A stretch of DNA of 64,000 bases from positions 1 through 64,000 of IMG/VR virus record IMGVR_UViG_3300005289_000052, one strand, 5' to 3'. The translations under genes and the position numbers were made by a program. Of the stretch, positions 9,524 through 18,795 are shown piece by piece. The number at the start of each line of letters is the position of its first letter. Positions within the stretch are counted from its first letter, which is position 1. A model generated the notes under the pieces. It was not told where the DNA came from, searched no databases, and worked only from the letters and a program-made list of their open reading frames with translations.

Positions 9524-9841
9524 TTATGCTTTCGCTTTGTTGTCCCACGATTGGTAAAGCTTGATGGTCTTGGTGCGACCTTCAATAGCTTCGAGCCGAC
9601 GCGCCTGATCACGCTTGATGCAGCTCAAGTCGGAGTTCAGGGAGTTCAGGTAAATGCGGGCCATCTCGTTATGTTCCGGTTGATCTTCGCGATTCACGCG
9701 ATCGATCTCGTCAACAATGTCGTTGTACTTCACATTCTCCGCCACGACCAAGCGGTTATGTTCTTCTTGAGCCTGATCGATCAGGTTCAGGTCTTCTTGC
9801 CACACAGCTTCGTTGATCAGTTTCCAGAAGTGATTCATCAC
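9524..9841 (-). CDS. Small hypothetical (early) helical protein
   Basis: 105 aa, AAGGAAAG RBS. Confidence 0.7.
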   Translation of the reverse strand: MMNHFWKLINEAVWQEDLNLIDQAQEEHNRLVVAENVKYNDIVDEIDRVNREDQPEHNEMARIYLNSLNSDLSCIKRDQARRLEAIEGRTKTIKLYQSWDNKAKA

Positions 9842-9848
9842 GCTTTCC

Positions 9849-10067
9849 TTAACGTCGGCTTTTGATCATATCGAGATTGGTGAGTCCTTCGAGGAACACC
9901 GTGGTTTCGGTTGCGGCAGTGATAGGTGCTGCCACCGCAAAGGAACCTTTACTTGGGTCGCGATAAATCGTGTGGGTACGAATGATCGTACCACGAGGAA
10001 GCACCATGGCGTAGGTAGTGGTATCGCCAGCTTCTTCCAATACAACCCAAAGACTTGATTGTGCCAT
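9849..10067 (-). CDS. Small hypothetical (early) protein
   Basis: 72 aa, AAGGAA RBS. Confidence 0.65.
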   Translation of the reverse strand: MAQSSLWVVLEEAGDTTTYAMVLPRGTIIRTHTIYRDPSKGSFAVAAPITAATETTVFLEGLTNLDMIKSRR

Positions 10068-10081
10068 TGCTACATTCCTTC

Positions 10082-10483
10082 TTAGGAAGTGAGTTTAGAA
10101 ATCTCAGCGTTCAGCCGAGTTTGTTCATCCATTACTTGATTGTAGTGGATGGTCACGCGGTGCATGCACTCCATCGTTTTACGGACGAAGTGTTGGGTAC
10201 GTTTCTGACCCGCTATCGCCTTATCGATATCGCTACCGATTTTATTGATGACAGCAGTCCAGTAAGCAATCCGCAGTTGATCCATTTCGGCTATCGCGCA
10301 GATGACGATCTGGAGGCAGGTCCTCATGTCTTCTTCGGTGTAGTGTAGCTCACGTGGAAGACCGGCAACCTTCTCTAACAACTTCCTGATCCGTTTGATC
10401 TTTTGGTGATCTTGAATCAGGATTTCATGATTCTGTTGAACTTGGTTAGCAAGTTGTTTCACTTGGGCTAAGCTCATGGTCAT
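10082..10483 (-). CDS. Small hypothetical (early) coiled-coil protein
   Basis: 133 aa, GAAGGAA RBS, first gene after the early promoter motif. Confidence 0.7.
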   Translation of the reverse strand: MTMSLAQVKQLANQVQQNHEILIQDHQKIKRIRKLLEKVAGLPRELHYTEEDMRTCLQIVICAIAEMDQLRIAYWTAVINKIGSDIDKAIAGQKRTQHFVRKTMECMHRVTIHYNQVMDEQTRLNAEISKLTS

Positions 10484-10530
10484 TTCCTTCTGAGGACAAA
10501 TAGATTAGATGAAAGGGATTTGGTATCCTA

Positions 10531-10563
10531 TTCACTGGAGTAATATGTATCTGAGATTTTTTT
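10531..10563 (-). promoter_or_regulatory. Early promoter-like motif, copy 2
   Basis: Minus strand AAAAAAATCTCAGATACATATTACTCCAGTGAA upstream of five small genes. Confidence 0.7.
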
Positions 10564-10574
10564 AATTGGACTTT

Positions 10575-10611
10575 GACGGCATAAAAGCCTAGGGGTCCGA
10601 AAACCCCTAGG
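10575..10611 (-). terminator. Terminator with trailing TTTTATGCCGTC
   Basis: CCTAGGGG/CCCCTAGG stem, then TTTTATGCCGTC on the minus strand. Confidence 0.8.
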
Positions 10612-10613
10612 AC

Positions 10614-10859
10614 TCAGTGTCGCTTGAAGATGAAGGCTTGGTAGTTGCTACCGTCCCACCAGATCCACTGGCCAGACGACTTGTCCCGCTTGATGAACTT
10701 CCAACGTTTCCCAGTGCGACGACTTATCCCACCGTTCCACATTATCTTCTCATCAACCCACAGGGCACCCACGATCAACAGACCCATCGCCACTAGGGCG
10801 AGTAAGACTGATGCTGACATTTGGGCTGCCCCCAGAAGTCCCTCCAGGGAAATCTCCAT
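10614..10859 (-). CDS. Small membrane-anchored hypothetical protein
   Basis: Hydrophobic N-terminal helix, then WNGGI..W; start uncertain (10880 or 10859). Confidence 0.5.
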   Translation of the reverse strand: MEISLEGLLGAAQMSASVLLALVAMGLLIVGALWVDEKIMWNGGISRRTGKRWKFIKRDKSSGQWIWWDGSNYQAFIFKRH

Positions 10860-11006
10860 GCCTTGCTCTCCGTGACGCAATGGTCAGCAACCAGTTCAGG
10901 AGCTTCCCACCACGCTTGTTCGTTTGCTCGAGGTTGGCGATTCGATCAGCCGTCACTACATCAAAGGTCCGATCGTACAATTTCTGACGTGGACTGCGAA
11001 AGTCCA

Positions 11007-12407
11007 TTACGCAGCCTTCTTGGCAGGTTTGTACCAGTAAGGTACGTACTCGCCTTTAGCCATGCGCAGCAGATCGAGAGTGGACAAGAAGTTCTTCGGG
11101 TTCTTGTTCTCTTCGAAGTCCCAGTAACCACGAGTGTCCAGGATCTCGTCCCAGTCGTAGCCCAGTTCTTTGATCTTGAGGTACAGGTCTTTCGGGTCCA
11201 TCAGGTAGCCACGGGCTTGGATGAAGCCGAGGTTTTCCATCTGGCACATTTCAGACGTGATTTCCATTGCTCGTTGCAAACGAGGGTTATCACGGATCTT
11301 GCCACGGACTGTAGTGCGCTGCATGGTGACGTCAGGACACAGTTCCATGTAGTACGCACGGTCGTGACCGCCGATCCCGTACTTGAAGAACTTGCAGTAG
11401 TTGAACTCAGTGAGGCCAACCAGCAAACCTTCGCGCTGGGAGTAGATCACTTCGAACGGCATGCCGGTAGGACCAGACTTGGCCCGCAGGTTCTGAATGA
11501 CCAGCAGGTTCAGGTCGGTATCACCTTTCAGATCGTCGTCAGGACCAGCAGGGAACTCTGGACCTTTGGTGGTCTGGTTCTGGAGTACCGAAACGCTGTT
11601 GCAGTACCAGAGGTTGTTGGTGAGGAAGGTGAACTTCTCGGGAACGTTCTTGAAGACCGTCTTGCCTTTGAGGTGAGCCAGCTTCTTCGGATCTGGTGCG
11701 TACTGATCGAGCTGGTGTTTGTCACCGGCGTGAGCAGTTGCGATCACGAGGTTGTTGGCACCGGCAGTCAGGTTTGGCATCTGCATCAACATCTGCGTCT
11801 TCGCAGCAGCAGAGCGCAGGGCGTCGGTGTTAGCAGCCGAGTCGCCGATCTCGTTCTTGTCGTAAATGCCTTCGACCGAGTCGGTGATGAACATACTGAG
11901 GGAGTCGATTTCGAACAGGTGCGGGAAGATGCACTTGATGAACTCGTCTTTGTTGTCGATGAACGGAGTCGTCTTGAGCAGCGACTTCTGTTCTTTCTTC
12001 TTCATGTTCGACATGTCGCGGAACTTGTCGAACCACTTGTTGCCCGAGATCATGGTCGAGTCGGTCAACAGCAGACGCTTCTCTTCGGCCAGGTCGATGC
12101 CCATCAGCTCTGGGAACTGCATGGCCAACTGGTACAGGCGCTCCAACGTCATCGAAGTTTCGGTGTCGTAGAAGTTGGCACGTGCCCAGTAACGAGCCAT
12201 GATCCGCAGAATCATGAAGTGAGCAATCAGGGACTTACCCATGTTGCCGCGACCAGCAATACCAGTGAAGGATGCCAAGCCGCCGCAAAGAATCATTTCC
12301 CCATGCTTGCCTTTGTAGTAGCGCCCAGTGGGGATATCGAACAGGCAGCCCAAGTTATAGATGGGGCGCAGACGCGGGGCCTGTTCGAAAAAGTCGTCTA
12401 ATTCCAT
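11007..12407 (-). CDS. uvsX: UvsX/RecA-like recombinase (phiKZ gp152-like)
   Basis: Walker A GRGNMGKS, FYDTE, Walker B FEIDSL; 466 aa; synteny with RNase H. Confidence 0.85.
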   Translation of the reverse strand: MELDDFFEQAPRLRPIYNLGCLFDIPTGRYYKGKHGEMILCGGLASFTGIAGRGNMGKSLIAHFMILRIMARYWARANFYDTETSMTLERLYQLAMQFPELMGIDLAEEKRLLLTDSTMISGNKWFDKFRDMSNMKKKEQKSLLKTTPFIDNKDEFIKCIFPHLFEIDSLSMFITDSVEGIYDKNEIGDSAANTDALRSAAAKTQMLMQMPNLTAGANNLVIATAHAGDKHQLDQYAPDPKKLAHLKGKTVFKNVPEKFTFLTNNLWYCNSVSVLQNQTTKGPEFPAGPDDDLKGDTDLNLLVIQNLRAKSGPTGMPFEVIYSQREGLLVGLTEFNYCKFFKYGIGGHDRAYYMELCPDVTMQRTTVRGKIRDNPRLQRAMEITSEMCQMENLGFIQARGYLMDPKDLYLKIKELGYDWDEILDTRGYWDFEENKNPKNFLSTLDLLRMAKGEYVPYWYKPAKKAA

Positions 12408-12410
12408 GCG

Positions 12411-12458
12411 TTGAACTCACTGAGATAGATGGATGGATACTTTGAACTCACTAGATAG
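12411..12458. repeat. Imperfect 17-18 bp direct repeat in a divergent intergenic region
   Basis: TTGAACTCACTGAGATAG (12411-12428) and TTGAACTCACTAGATAG (12442-12458). Confidence 0.7.
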
Positions 12459-12517
12459 GTCCTAGGAGTTTAATTTTATGTGTCTTTGCTCTAACTTGAG
12501 CTTTCCCTATTTACAGG

Positions 12518-13336
12518 ATGGAAACCATGCAGATCTCCCTTGAACAACAGGCCAGCGTCCTGTCGATGGAAGCTTTCAACCTGCGAGCGTCTCTGACGGC
12601 CTTAACCAAGGTCTTCCCAGCGTACGCTCGTGGTATCAGCGACACCATTCAATCGTACCTGGCTAATGACCAGCAAACCATTCCACTGGTTCGTGTAAAG
12701 ATCAAAACCAAGATCGCACACAATATCGATTACAGCGCACACCGAAAAACTGTGATCTACGGACCACAAGGTTTGAAGGTGACTTATCTTGAGTATCTCG
12801 AGGCAATCGAAGCGTCGGTAGACATCGCCAAACACGTCCACGACAACCAACTGGTTCCGTTCAATGGTTGGGTGACCAAGCTGTTGGGTAGCCCAGAGGA
12901 ACTGGGTAGCATCAACCTCAAAGACATCCTCAAGATGGACGAGTCCGATCTGGACAAAGCCAAGGGTCGCTTGGAGCGTTGCGTTAACCGTTCCAACTCC
13001 CAGACCTCTCACGAATACGGCAAGCTGGTTAAACAGAACGCCGAGTGGGATCTGATCCTCGAGAAGACCAACGCCCTGATCGTCACCTACCAAGCAGTGG
13101 ACCGTAAGAAGCTGCTGGATGAAGTCGAGCTGTTGAACGAACAACTCCTGCGTTTGGCTGAGCGCATGAAAGAAGACCCGGACACCTACAAGGCTTCTGG
13201 TGTAACCATCTCCGAACTGGCCAAACGTTGCCTGCTGATGGCTCGCTTCGTTGAGTTCTATTCGATCACCGGCTTCCTGTTGACCGAGCTGTCCTCCACT
13301 GTACAAAGCTCCTTCGACGCCATCGAGCGTCTGTAA
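12518..13336 (+). CDS. Virion head protein, phiKZ gp153-like
   Basis: N-terminal ISLE and LSME match the S/A/G-x-E prohead-protease motif; synteny. Confidence 0.65.
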   Translation: METMQISLEQQASVLSMEAFNLRASLTALTKVFPAYARGISDTIQSYLANDQQTIPLVRVKIKTKIAHNIDYSAHRKTVIYGPQGLKVTYLEYLEAIEASVDIAKHVHDNQLVPFNGWVTKLLGSPEELGSINLKDILKMDESDLDKAKGRLERCVNRSNSQTSHEYGKLVKQNAEWDLILEKTNALIVTYQAVDRKKLLDEVELLNEQLLRLAERMKEDPDTYKASGVTISELAKRCLLMARFVEFYSITGFLLTELSSTVQSSFDAIERL

Positions 13337-13338
13337 GC

Positions 13339-13390
13339 GTCATAAAGACTGACTCCCCAGGATCACCTTGGGGAGTCAGTCTGTTATGCT
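13339..13390. terminator. Bidirectional hairpin with CATAA/TTATG flanks
   Basis: AGACTGACTCCCCA/TGGGGAGTCAGTCT 14-bp stem between convergent genes. Confidence 0.85.
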
Positions 13391-13395
13391 GGGAG

Positions 13396-13803
13396 TTATG
13401 CTAAACCCAGTTTTGCCGTTTGCATCACAACACGGGCATCGTCCAGCATTTGCTTGACATCGTCGTATTGCAACCACTTCGGCATTTGTTCCACTACCTT
13501 CAACGAGCACGCATCGAGTGATCCTGTTGCGACTGTTTCGTCCAGGTTACAACCGCCCCAAATCGTTCGAGACAGTAGTGCCGGGATTTCAAGAGCTTCT
13601 GAGGAAGACGACAAAGCCATCTTCTCATTCAGCACTTCCAGCTCTTGCAGTTCGTTGTGGGTAAGGTGCTTGAGACCGGCGAAGAGACTAACTGCAAACA
13701 GCAGTCTCTTACCGTACCGAGGCAACCCCACCCGAAGAAGACGGAGCAGCAAACGCCGGTTAAGACCGGCCACCGTCTTCGTAAGGGAGGTAATAGGGTT
13801 CAT
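13396..13803 (-). CDS. Hypothetical protein
   Basis: 135 aa ORF coupled after RNase H. Confidence 0.65.
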   Translation of the reverse strand: MNPITSLTKTVAGLNRRLLLRLLRVGLPRYGKRLLFAVSLFAGLKHLTHNELQELEVLNEKMALSSSSEALEIPALLSRTIWGGCNLDETVATGSLDACSLKVVEQMPKWLQYDDVKQMLDDARVVMQTAKLGLA

Positions 13804-13815
13804 AGGTCATTCTCT

Positions 13816-15369
13816 TCAACTGGTCAGTAGACAGATGTTGGAATAGATGCCAGCCCAGATCCCGATGTCATCATCCGTCTTGATGATGGTAGCGTAACGG
13901 AAGGCCGTATCGCTTTCACGCCATGTGATCAGGTACACCCGTGGATTGTTTCCTGCCAGCGCAGACAAAGTATTGCGGTTGGCAATGTCCAGCCCTAAGG
14001 TGATTGGCAATTTGAACTGGCCCGACTTCGCACCTGTGTGGTATGGAGCCTCAATCTCAATGCGCTTGAGCGCACTGTTGATCGTAGACCGGAGTTTCGT
14101 AACAGACTTATTCTTCTTGACTTCCGTCTCGTAGAACAGATCAGTGATCTCATGGTGGACGAAGGTCTGGCCAACAGGCACGCAGATGGCTTTATCGCTG
14201 ATGAAATCAAGAAGCATGTTTTCCATGACGGCCATGGACTGCATGACACGGAAAGCAATGCGCGGAGGTTTCAGGTCTTTGGTCAACTGGAGAGCAGACT
14301 CACCAGGCATGAACAGGTCCATCTTCCCCCAGTTTTTGCAATGGAGGAACTGGTCACCATACTTATCCAGCTCAGCGTAAACTTTACCGCCTAAGACGTT
14401 GTTCAGACGCCCCACCACCATGCTATTGAAACCGCCGGTGTCGAGAGAGTCTTGATACTTCGTCAACATCTCCATTACTGGGTCACGTTCCTTGAGGAAC
14501 AGAACCGAGAACGAAGCATCGCTGATCTTCTTCCCACAGAAGTCGTCTTCCGACCCGTGGTCGCCCAAGTAGTAAACCACACGTCCGTCAGGCGCAACCT
14601 GAGTTCCACCCACATTGGTATTGAAGTACCAGTACGGGAGAGAGAACATGCGATTGTACGTGGACTTGACTGCCCAATAACCTTTGGCGTCAGTGAAGAA
14701 GACGTCGCGCACTTTCAACTGTTTCTTACCAGCGTTAATTGCGCCGCCAGCCAGATAGTCTACAGTGTCATTACCGAGATCGTTGGAATGTCCACGAACC
14801 CAACGAGTGTAGATCTGTGTACCACGCGATTGCAGAACATCAACCGCAGCAACGATCTGTTGCCACAACTCTTTGTTCGCAACAGGAGTCTGGTCAGGTC
14901 TGCACCAGTTGTTGGTCTGCCATTTCCGAGACCAGTTCAGCAAACCATTCAAGGCGTACTTACTGTCAGGGATCAGCATGACCGACGCCACCTTCTCCTG
15001 AATAGCCACTTGTAAGGCTTCCAGAAGCGCCGAGGTTTCTGCTTCGTTGTTTGTCGATTCGGGAATCAACGATCCATACCCCGAGACATAACGTAGGGGT
15101 GTAACCGTCTTGATTTGAATCTCGTCGTACCGCTCAACCTCTGGATCACGGTCGGTCGGTTTGTAGTTAAAGAAGGCCATCCCAGGCTGACCTTCGTCTG
15201 GGTCGATATACCCAAAGTTAGTAACCAGAGCAGGTGCACCGGTCCCTTGCTTCGACTTCTCAGTCGTGTAGATGTAACCATGAATGGCCCACCCACCAAT
15301 GCCACGCGACGGCTTGCAGCCACCGTCGGTGTAGATAACGGCATGCACCGCTTGGTCAACGTTACTCAT
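13816..15369 (-). CDS. rnhA: Ribonuclease HI with a long C-terminal extension (phiKZ gp155-like)
   Basis: IYTDGGC, STNNEAE, DSKYAL.G...W..N.W, VANKELW, WVRGHS..GND.VD.LA. Confidence 0.92.
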   Translation of the reverse strand: MSNVDQAVHAVIYTDGGCKPSRGIGGWAIHGYIYTTEKSKQGTGAPALVTNFGYIDPDEGQPGMAFFNYKPTDRDPEVERYDEIQIKTVTPLRYVSGYGSLIPESTNNEAETSALLEALQVAIQEKVASVMLIPDSKYALNGLLNWSRKWQTNNWCRPDQTPVANKELWQQIVAAVDVLQSRGTQIYTRWVRGHSNDLGNDTVDYLAGGAINAGKKQLKVRDVFFTDAKGYWAVKSTYNRMFSLPYWYFNTNVGGTQVAPDGRVVYYLGDHGSEDDFCGKKISDASFSVLFLKERDPVMEMLTKYQDSLDTGGFNSMVVGRLNNVLGGKVYAELDKYGDQFLHCKNWGKMDLFMPGESALQLTKDLKPPRIAFRVMQSMAVMENMLLDFISDKAICVPVGQTFVHHEITDLFYETEVKKNKSVTKLRSTINSALKRIEIEAPYHTGAKSGQFKLPITLGLDIANRNTLSALAGNNPRVYLITWRESDTAFRYATIIKTDDDIGIWAGIYSNICLLTS

Positions 15370-15423
15370 TGGTCCCTACCCAAAATTGGCTTTACTCAAG
15401 AGATTACTGTTTCGAGTAATCAC

Positions 15424-15849
15424 TTACTTCCGGCCAGGTCTGCGGCTACGCTCAAATTCTAGGCTCGCTTGGGTGTCGACTAAGCGCTGCTCAAGAACTG
15501 ACTGAGTTGCTTTTGCCGATGCCAAGTCCACTTCTAATTGATGAGCTTGTCCACGGTTGATTTCATACTTACCCACCAGCTCCGCATGGGTAGTGGTGAG
15601 TTGTTCGTATTTGGCAGTAGTCTCCCGACTTTCCCGCAACAGACGATCGTACAAGCGTGAGTACTCTTCTGCCGTGCGAGCGTTACCGATGGTCAAAAGA
15701 AGAAGAACCAACGATGACGCTAACAAGGTCACGATACTTTTGTTGCTACGAACTGCGAGTTGGAAGTCCTTGTTCCTGAAGAACACTTCCCTCAGAAAAG
15801 GCCACAGTTTCAAAAGAAACTTAAAAAGAAGGACAGTATTCCCGATCAT
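15424..15849 (-). CDS. Membrane-anchored coiled-coil hypothetical protein
   Basis: Hydrophobic segments, then heptad-rich C-terminus. Confidence 0.65.
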   Translation of the reverse strand: MIGNTVLLFKFLLKLWPFLREVFFRNKDFQLAVRSNKSIVTLLASSLVLLLLTIGNARTAEEYSRLYDRLLRESRETTAKYEQLTTTHAELVGKYEINRGQAHQLEVDLASAKATQSVLEQRLVDTQASLEFERSRRPGRK

Positions 15850-15927
15850 CTTGGTTTGCTCCGTTCAAACCCCAAGAATGGTATAGGTAATTTACTTTAC
15901 TTACACCCTCCCCTCGAAGAGGTTTCT

Positions 15928-17247
15928 ATGTATAGTCTCAAAGCGTTTATGATCTACGCGCCGTTGGCTGACAACGCAGTAGATGTGATTGCGCCCTTAG
16001 GGGAGCTGTCCACCCACTGTCGTACTTTCTCGAAAGAGAAGGGTCAGTACATCAGCAGCGATTACAAAGACTCGAAGCTCATCAGCTTTGTGAGTCAGAA
16101 CATCGCCACCAACGGCACAAAGACCTTGGTCAAAGTTCCAGCCGCACATTCTAACGCTGCTCTGAACTTAGGTCAATGGATTTATGCAAAAGCCATTGCC
16201 AGTGAAATCCGTGATGACCGTGATGCACTCACTGTAGCACTGAACACCGCATTCGGTGGTCTGCTCACTGACCTGACTTTCGGTGAGATCGTCAGTGACG
16301 GTGTGCGTTGGATGCCAGAGTGGGTCACCTACTCCTTGGCCGGTCAACCCGAGAACCGGGTACGGATCTGGTTTGCTGATGACTCGATGCGTCGTCAGTA
16401 CGACGAATACGAAATCGCATTCGTTGCCCCCATTGCTACCCTCGACGATTTCTTCCGTGACCCCAATGAGGTCAAGGCACTCGTTGATGCGTACAAGTTG
16501 GAAACGGCGTTGGCAAAAGGTGATGCGGTCAAGGACCGTAAACCAGAAACCGTCATGCTCAACCGTGTGTACAAGTACTACGCACAGAAGGCTCCGTTTA
16601 TCACCCTCGACACCAACTGGTTGGTAATCGTTTGGGGTCCAGCGGGTAACAACCCCGATATCATCAAACAAGAACTGGCTAAATGGATTCTGGCCAACTC
16701 ACAACATACCGAAGAAGAATGGATGGATATCTTCCCCGATATCTTCACTTCGACGGAGTTCATCATCACCCCTTTTTGGGATAACATCGCAATCGAACAG
16801 AAAGCGATCCTGTCCGGTGTCTACTCGCCAACTATGTTGCTGACTGACATTCGTGCAAAGTCCCTCAAGACCATCAAGGGTAAGAACTACACCACGGCCC
16901 ACATTGACCAGAACTTGGTCCAGACGGCGTTCCAATACGCATCGTTGTGTGCATCCGTTTGCGGTGGTCCATACAACCGTGGTGGGGTGAAACGTTTCGA
17001 CGACCAATGGCCTGACTACATCAGTGTGGCATACGACTCGCTCGATGCTGGCCGTATGAAGTTGGCGACTCAGAACTGGTTGACCTTCATGGTTGCGATG
17101 TTGATCCAGGCTGAGAAGGCTACGTTGTTCTCTGACTTGCCTCAGGGGATGGCTCGTGTAACCCGTGATGGTATCGTCTACATCGGTTCGACCCACGAAG
17201 ACATTCTGTATCTGGTGGTCACCAAGTACTCGATGCTCGACATCTGA
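15928..17247 (+). CDS. Virion structural protein, phiKZ gp157-like
   Basis: Start moved to MYSLK (GAGG RBS); ~439 aa; synteny. Confidence 0.65.
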   Translation: MYSLKAFMIYAPLADNAVDVIAPLGELSTHCRTFSKEKGQYISSDYKDSKLISFVSQNIATNGTKTLVKVPAAHSNAALNLGQWIYAKAIASEIRDDRDALTVALNTAFGGLLTDLTFGEIVSDGVRWMPEWVTYSLAGQPENRVRIWFADDSMRRQYDEYEIAFVAPIATLDDFFRDPNEVKALVDAYKLETALAKGDAVKDRKPETVMLNRVYKYYAQKAPFITLDTNWLVIVWGPAGNNPDIIKQELAKWILANSQHTEEEWMDIFPDIFTSTEFIITPFWDNIAIEQKAILSGVYSPTMLLTDIRAKSLKTIKGKNYTTAHIDQNLVQTAFQYASLCASVCGGPYNRGGVKRFDDQWPDYISVAYDSLDAGRMKLATQNWLTFMVAMLIQAEKATLFSDLPQGMARVTRDGIVYIGSTHEDILYLVVTKYSMLDI

Positions 17248-17255
17248 GGTGAGTT

Positions 17256-17867
17256 ATGGCTGGAGTAACCCCACCTCTGTTAACCAGGGGTCGATACACC
17301 CTCATCACGCCCTTCACGGCGCTCCCTACGTCGCTCTATAACTGTGCGGCTATCCGTACCATGCAGGAGTGTCAAATCCACGGTGAGGACGTCTTAAACG
17401 ACATCTACATCAAAGCGGGTTTGACCAAGGCTGACTACGACCGGGACTCCAAAGCAGGTTCAAAGATCGTTACCCTGTTGTCTGATGACTCGGTGCCGAT
17501 CTATGTGCCAGACTCCTACATCGAGTCGTATCCGAACTATGACGCTGTACCGTATTCTCACACGGTGCTGTCGATTGACTTGGGTGCACTCCCTGACTAC
17601 GTGAGTCTGGCTAACCTGCAACTGGAAATCTCTGCACTCACTTCTGATGTGGTGGGTAAAGAGTCCAAGGTTGCTGTACACCGTGGTGCGTCCACTGGTC
17701 TGGTTACTCCAGAACAGCATGAAGTGGCAGAGGTTGCTCGTGTTGCTGCTATCAAGCGTCGTACTACTTACCGGGCGGAGAACGTGCGCCTGGAGCGGGA
17801 GAAGACGGCACTGCTCGAACAGAACCAAGTACTGATGGATCTGCTCAAAGCAAACGGTCTGATGTAA
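17256..17867 (+). CDS. Hypothetical/virion protein, phiKZ gp158-like
   Basis: 203 aa, GAGGTGAG RBS. Confidence 0.65.
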   Translation: MAGVTPPLLTRGRYTLITPFTALPTSLYNCAAIRTMQECQIHGEDVLNDIYIKAGLTKADYDRDSKAGSKIVTLLSDDSVPIYVPDSYIESYPNYDAVPYSHTVLSIDLGALPDYVSLANLQLEISALTSDVVGKESKVAVHRGASTGLVTPEQHEVAEVARVAAIKRRTTYRAENVRLEREKTALLEQNQVLMDLLKANGLM

Positions 17868-17908
17868 GACAGCATAGAGGGAGGCCCAAAGGCCTCCCCT
17901 TATGCCGT
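17868..17908. terminator. Bidirectional hairpin with GCATA/TATGC flanks
   Basis: GACAGCATAGAGGGAGGCC-CAAA-GGCCTCCCCTTATGCCGT. Confidence 0.8.
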
Positions 17909-18436
17909 TCAGATGTTGTATCGGAACACGGTGATCCAGCGACTGTAGGCGATTTCATCCGCAAACAGAAGCTCATGTAACTGCGCCGTAAAGACTTCAT
18001 CAGTAGCATCTTGCAAAGTCCGGGTTAGGAACTTCTCAATATCTTTCCGACGAGCCTCACGACGGTTGTTCTGGATCGGGTACAACACCAGAATGAACTG
18101 GACGGCCAGGGTGGTTTGAATGTCCACAGGGCGTGGATCATCATCACTGAAGGTCCGCATGAAGAGGTCGTGTGCCGTCTCCAGTTGGTTCTTCACTGTT
18201 GCAGGAGTCGGGAACAAAGCCCGGACACCACCCTCGGTGAAGTGATGCAGAAGAGCATTGACCAAGTTGGGCAGAGTGAACGGCTCCAACAGCTTTGCGT
18301 TCACAGCGAACTCGAGATCCTTGTGGGCAAGGAACAAGTCGGCCATCACTCGGCGGTAAGCTTTGTGTTCCCGGACCATTACAGTCCGTTCAACGCGTTC
18401 GTGGAGGAATTCACTCATGAGATCGTAATCTCCCAA
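17909..18436 (-). CDS. Hypothetical protein
   Basis: 175 aa ORF; start may be 18418. Confidence 0.65.
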   Translation of the reverse strand: MGDYDLMSEFLHERVERTVMVREHKAYRRVMADLFLAHKDLEFAVNAKLLEPFTLPNLVNALLHHFTEGGVRALFPTPATVKNQLETAHDLFMRTFSDDDPRPVDIQTTLAVQFILVLYPIQNNRREARRKDIEKFLTRTLQDATDEVFTAQLHELLFADEIAYSRWITVFRYNI

Positions 18437-18786
18437 CGGAGGTCTTGTTCAACCCAGCGCGAGAACCACCCCAGACAGTTAGCATTGAGGTTTGCACCAT
18501 CAAAACCAAACGCTGCGGTGGCACTCCCCATTTTGCCGTTAAAGATGCAGACTGCAAAGCGATCCCACTCAGCCTCCGAACAAGGAAGAACCTTGATACC
18601 ATCCAGCGGTGTTGGGGAGAAGCAGTAGTTAAACGCCTCCACAATATCGCATTCGGCAATCGAACAGATTACCCCGTTACGTTTAGGGAGATAGAACAGA
18701 GGTACGCCACTGATCAGCTCGTGTTGCTCAAGCTTAAAGTCGCCTACCTCGGTAATAACTCCCAATGAATGTAGATCGCTCATCAT
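18415..18786 (-). CDS. Hypothetical protein
   Basis: ~123 aa, GGTGG RBS, overlaps the next start. Confidence 0.55.
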   Translation of the reverse strand: MMSDLHSLGVITEVGDFKLEQHELISGVPLFYLPKRNGVICSIAECDIVEAFNYCFSPTPLDGIKVLPCSEAEWDRFAVCIFNGKMGSATAAFGFDGANLNANCLGWFSRWVEQDLRWEITIS

Positions 18787-18795
18787 CACGCCACC

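Noticed and set aside
10753-11007. 84-aa ORF starting in a TAATG overlap with the uvsX stop
   Set aside because: Plausibly coupled, but overlaps the membrane-protein ORF by over 100 bp with no recognisable features; cannot choose between them or support a frameshift
10821-12401. 526-aa + strand ORF
   Set aside because: Antisense shadow of uvsX; no motifs or RBS
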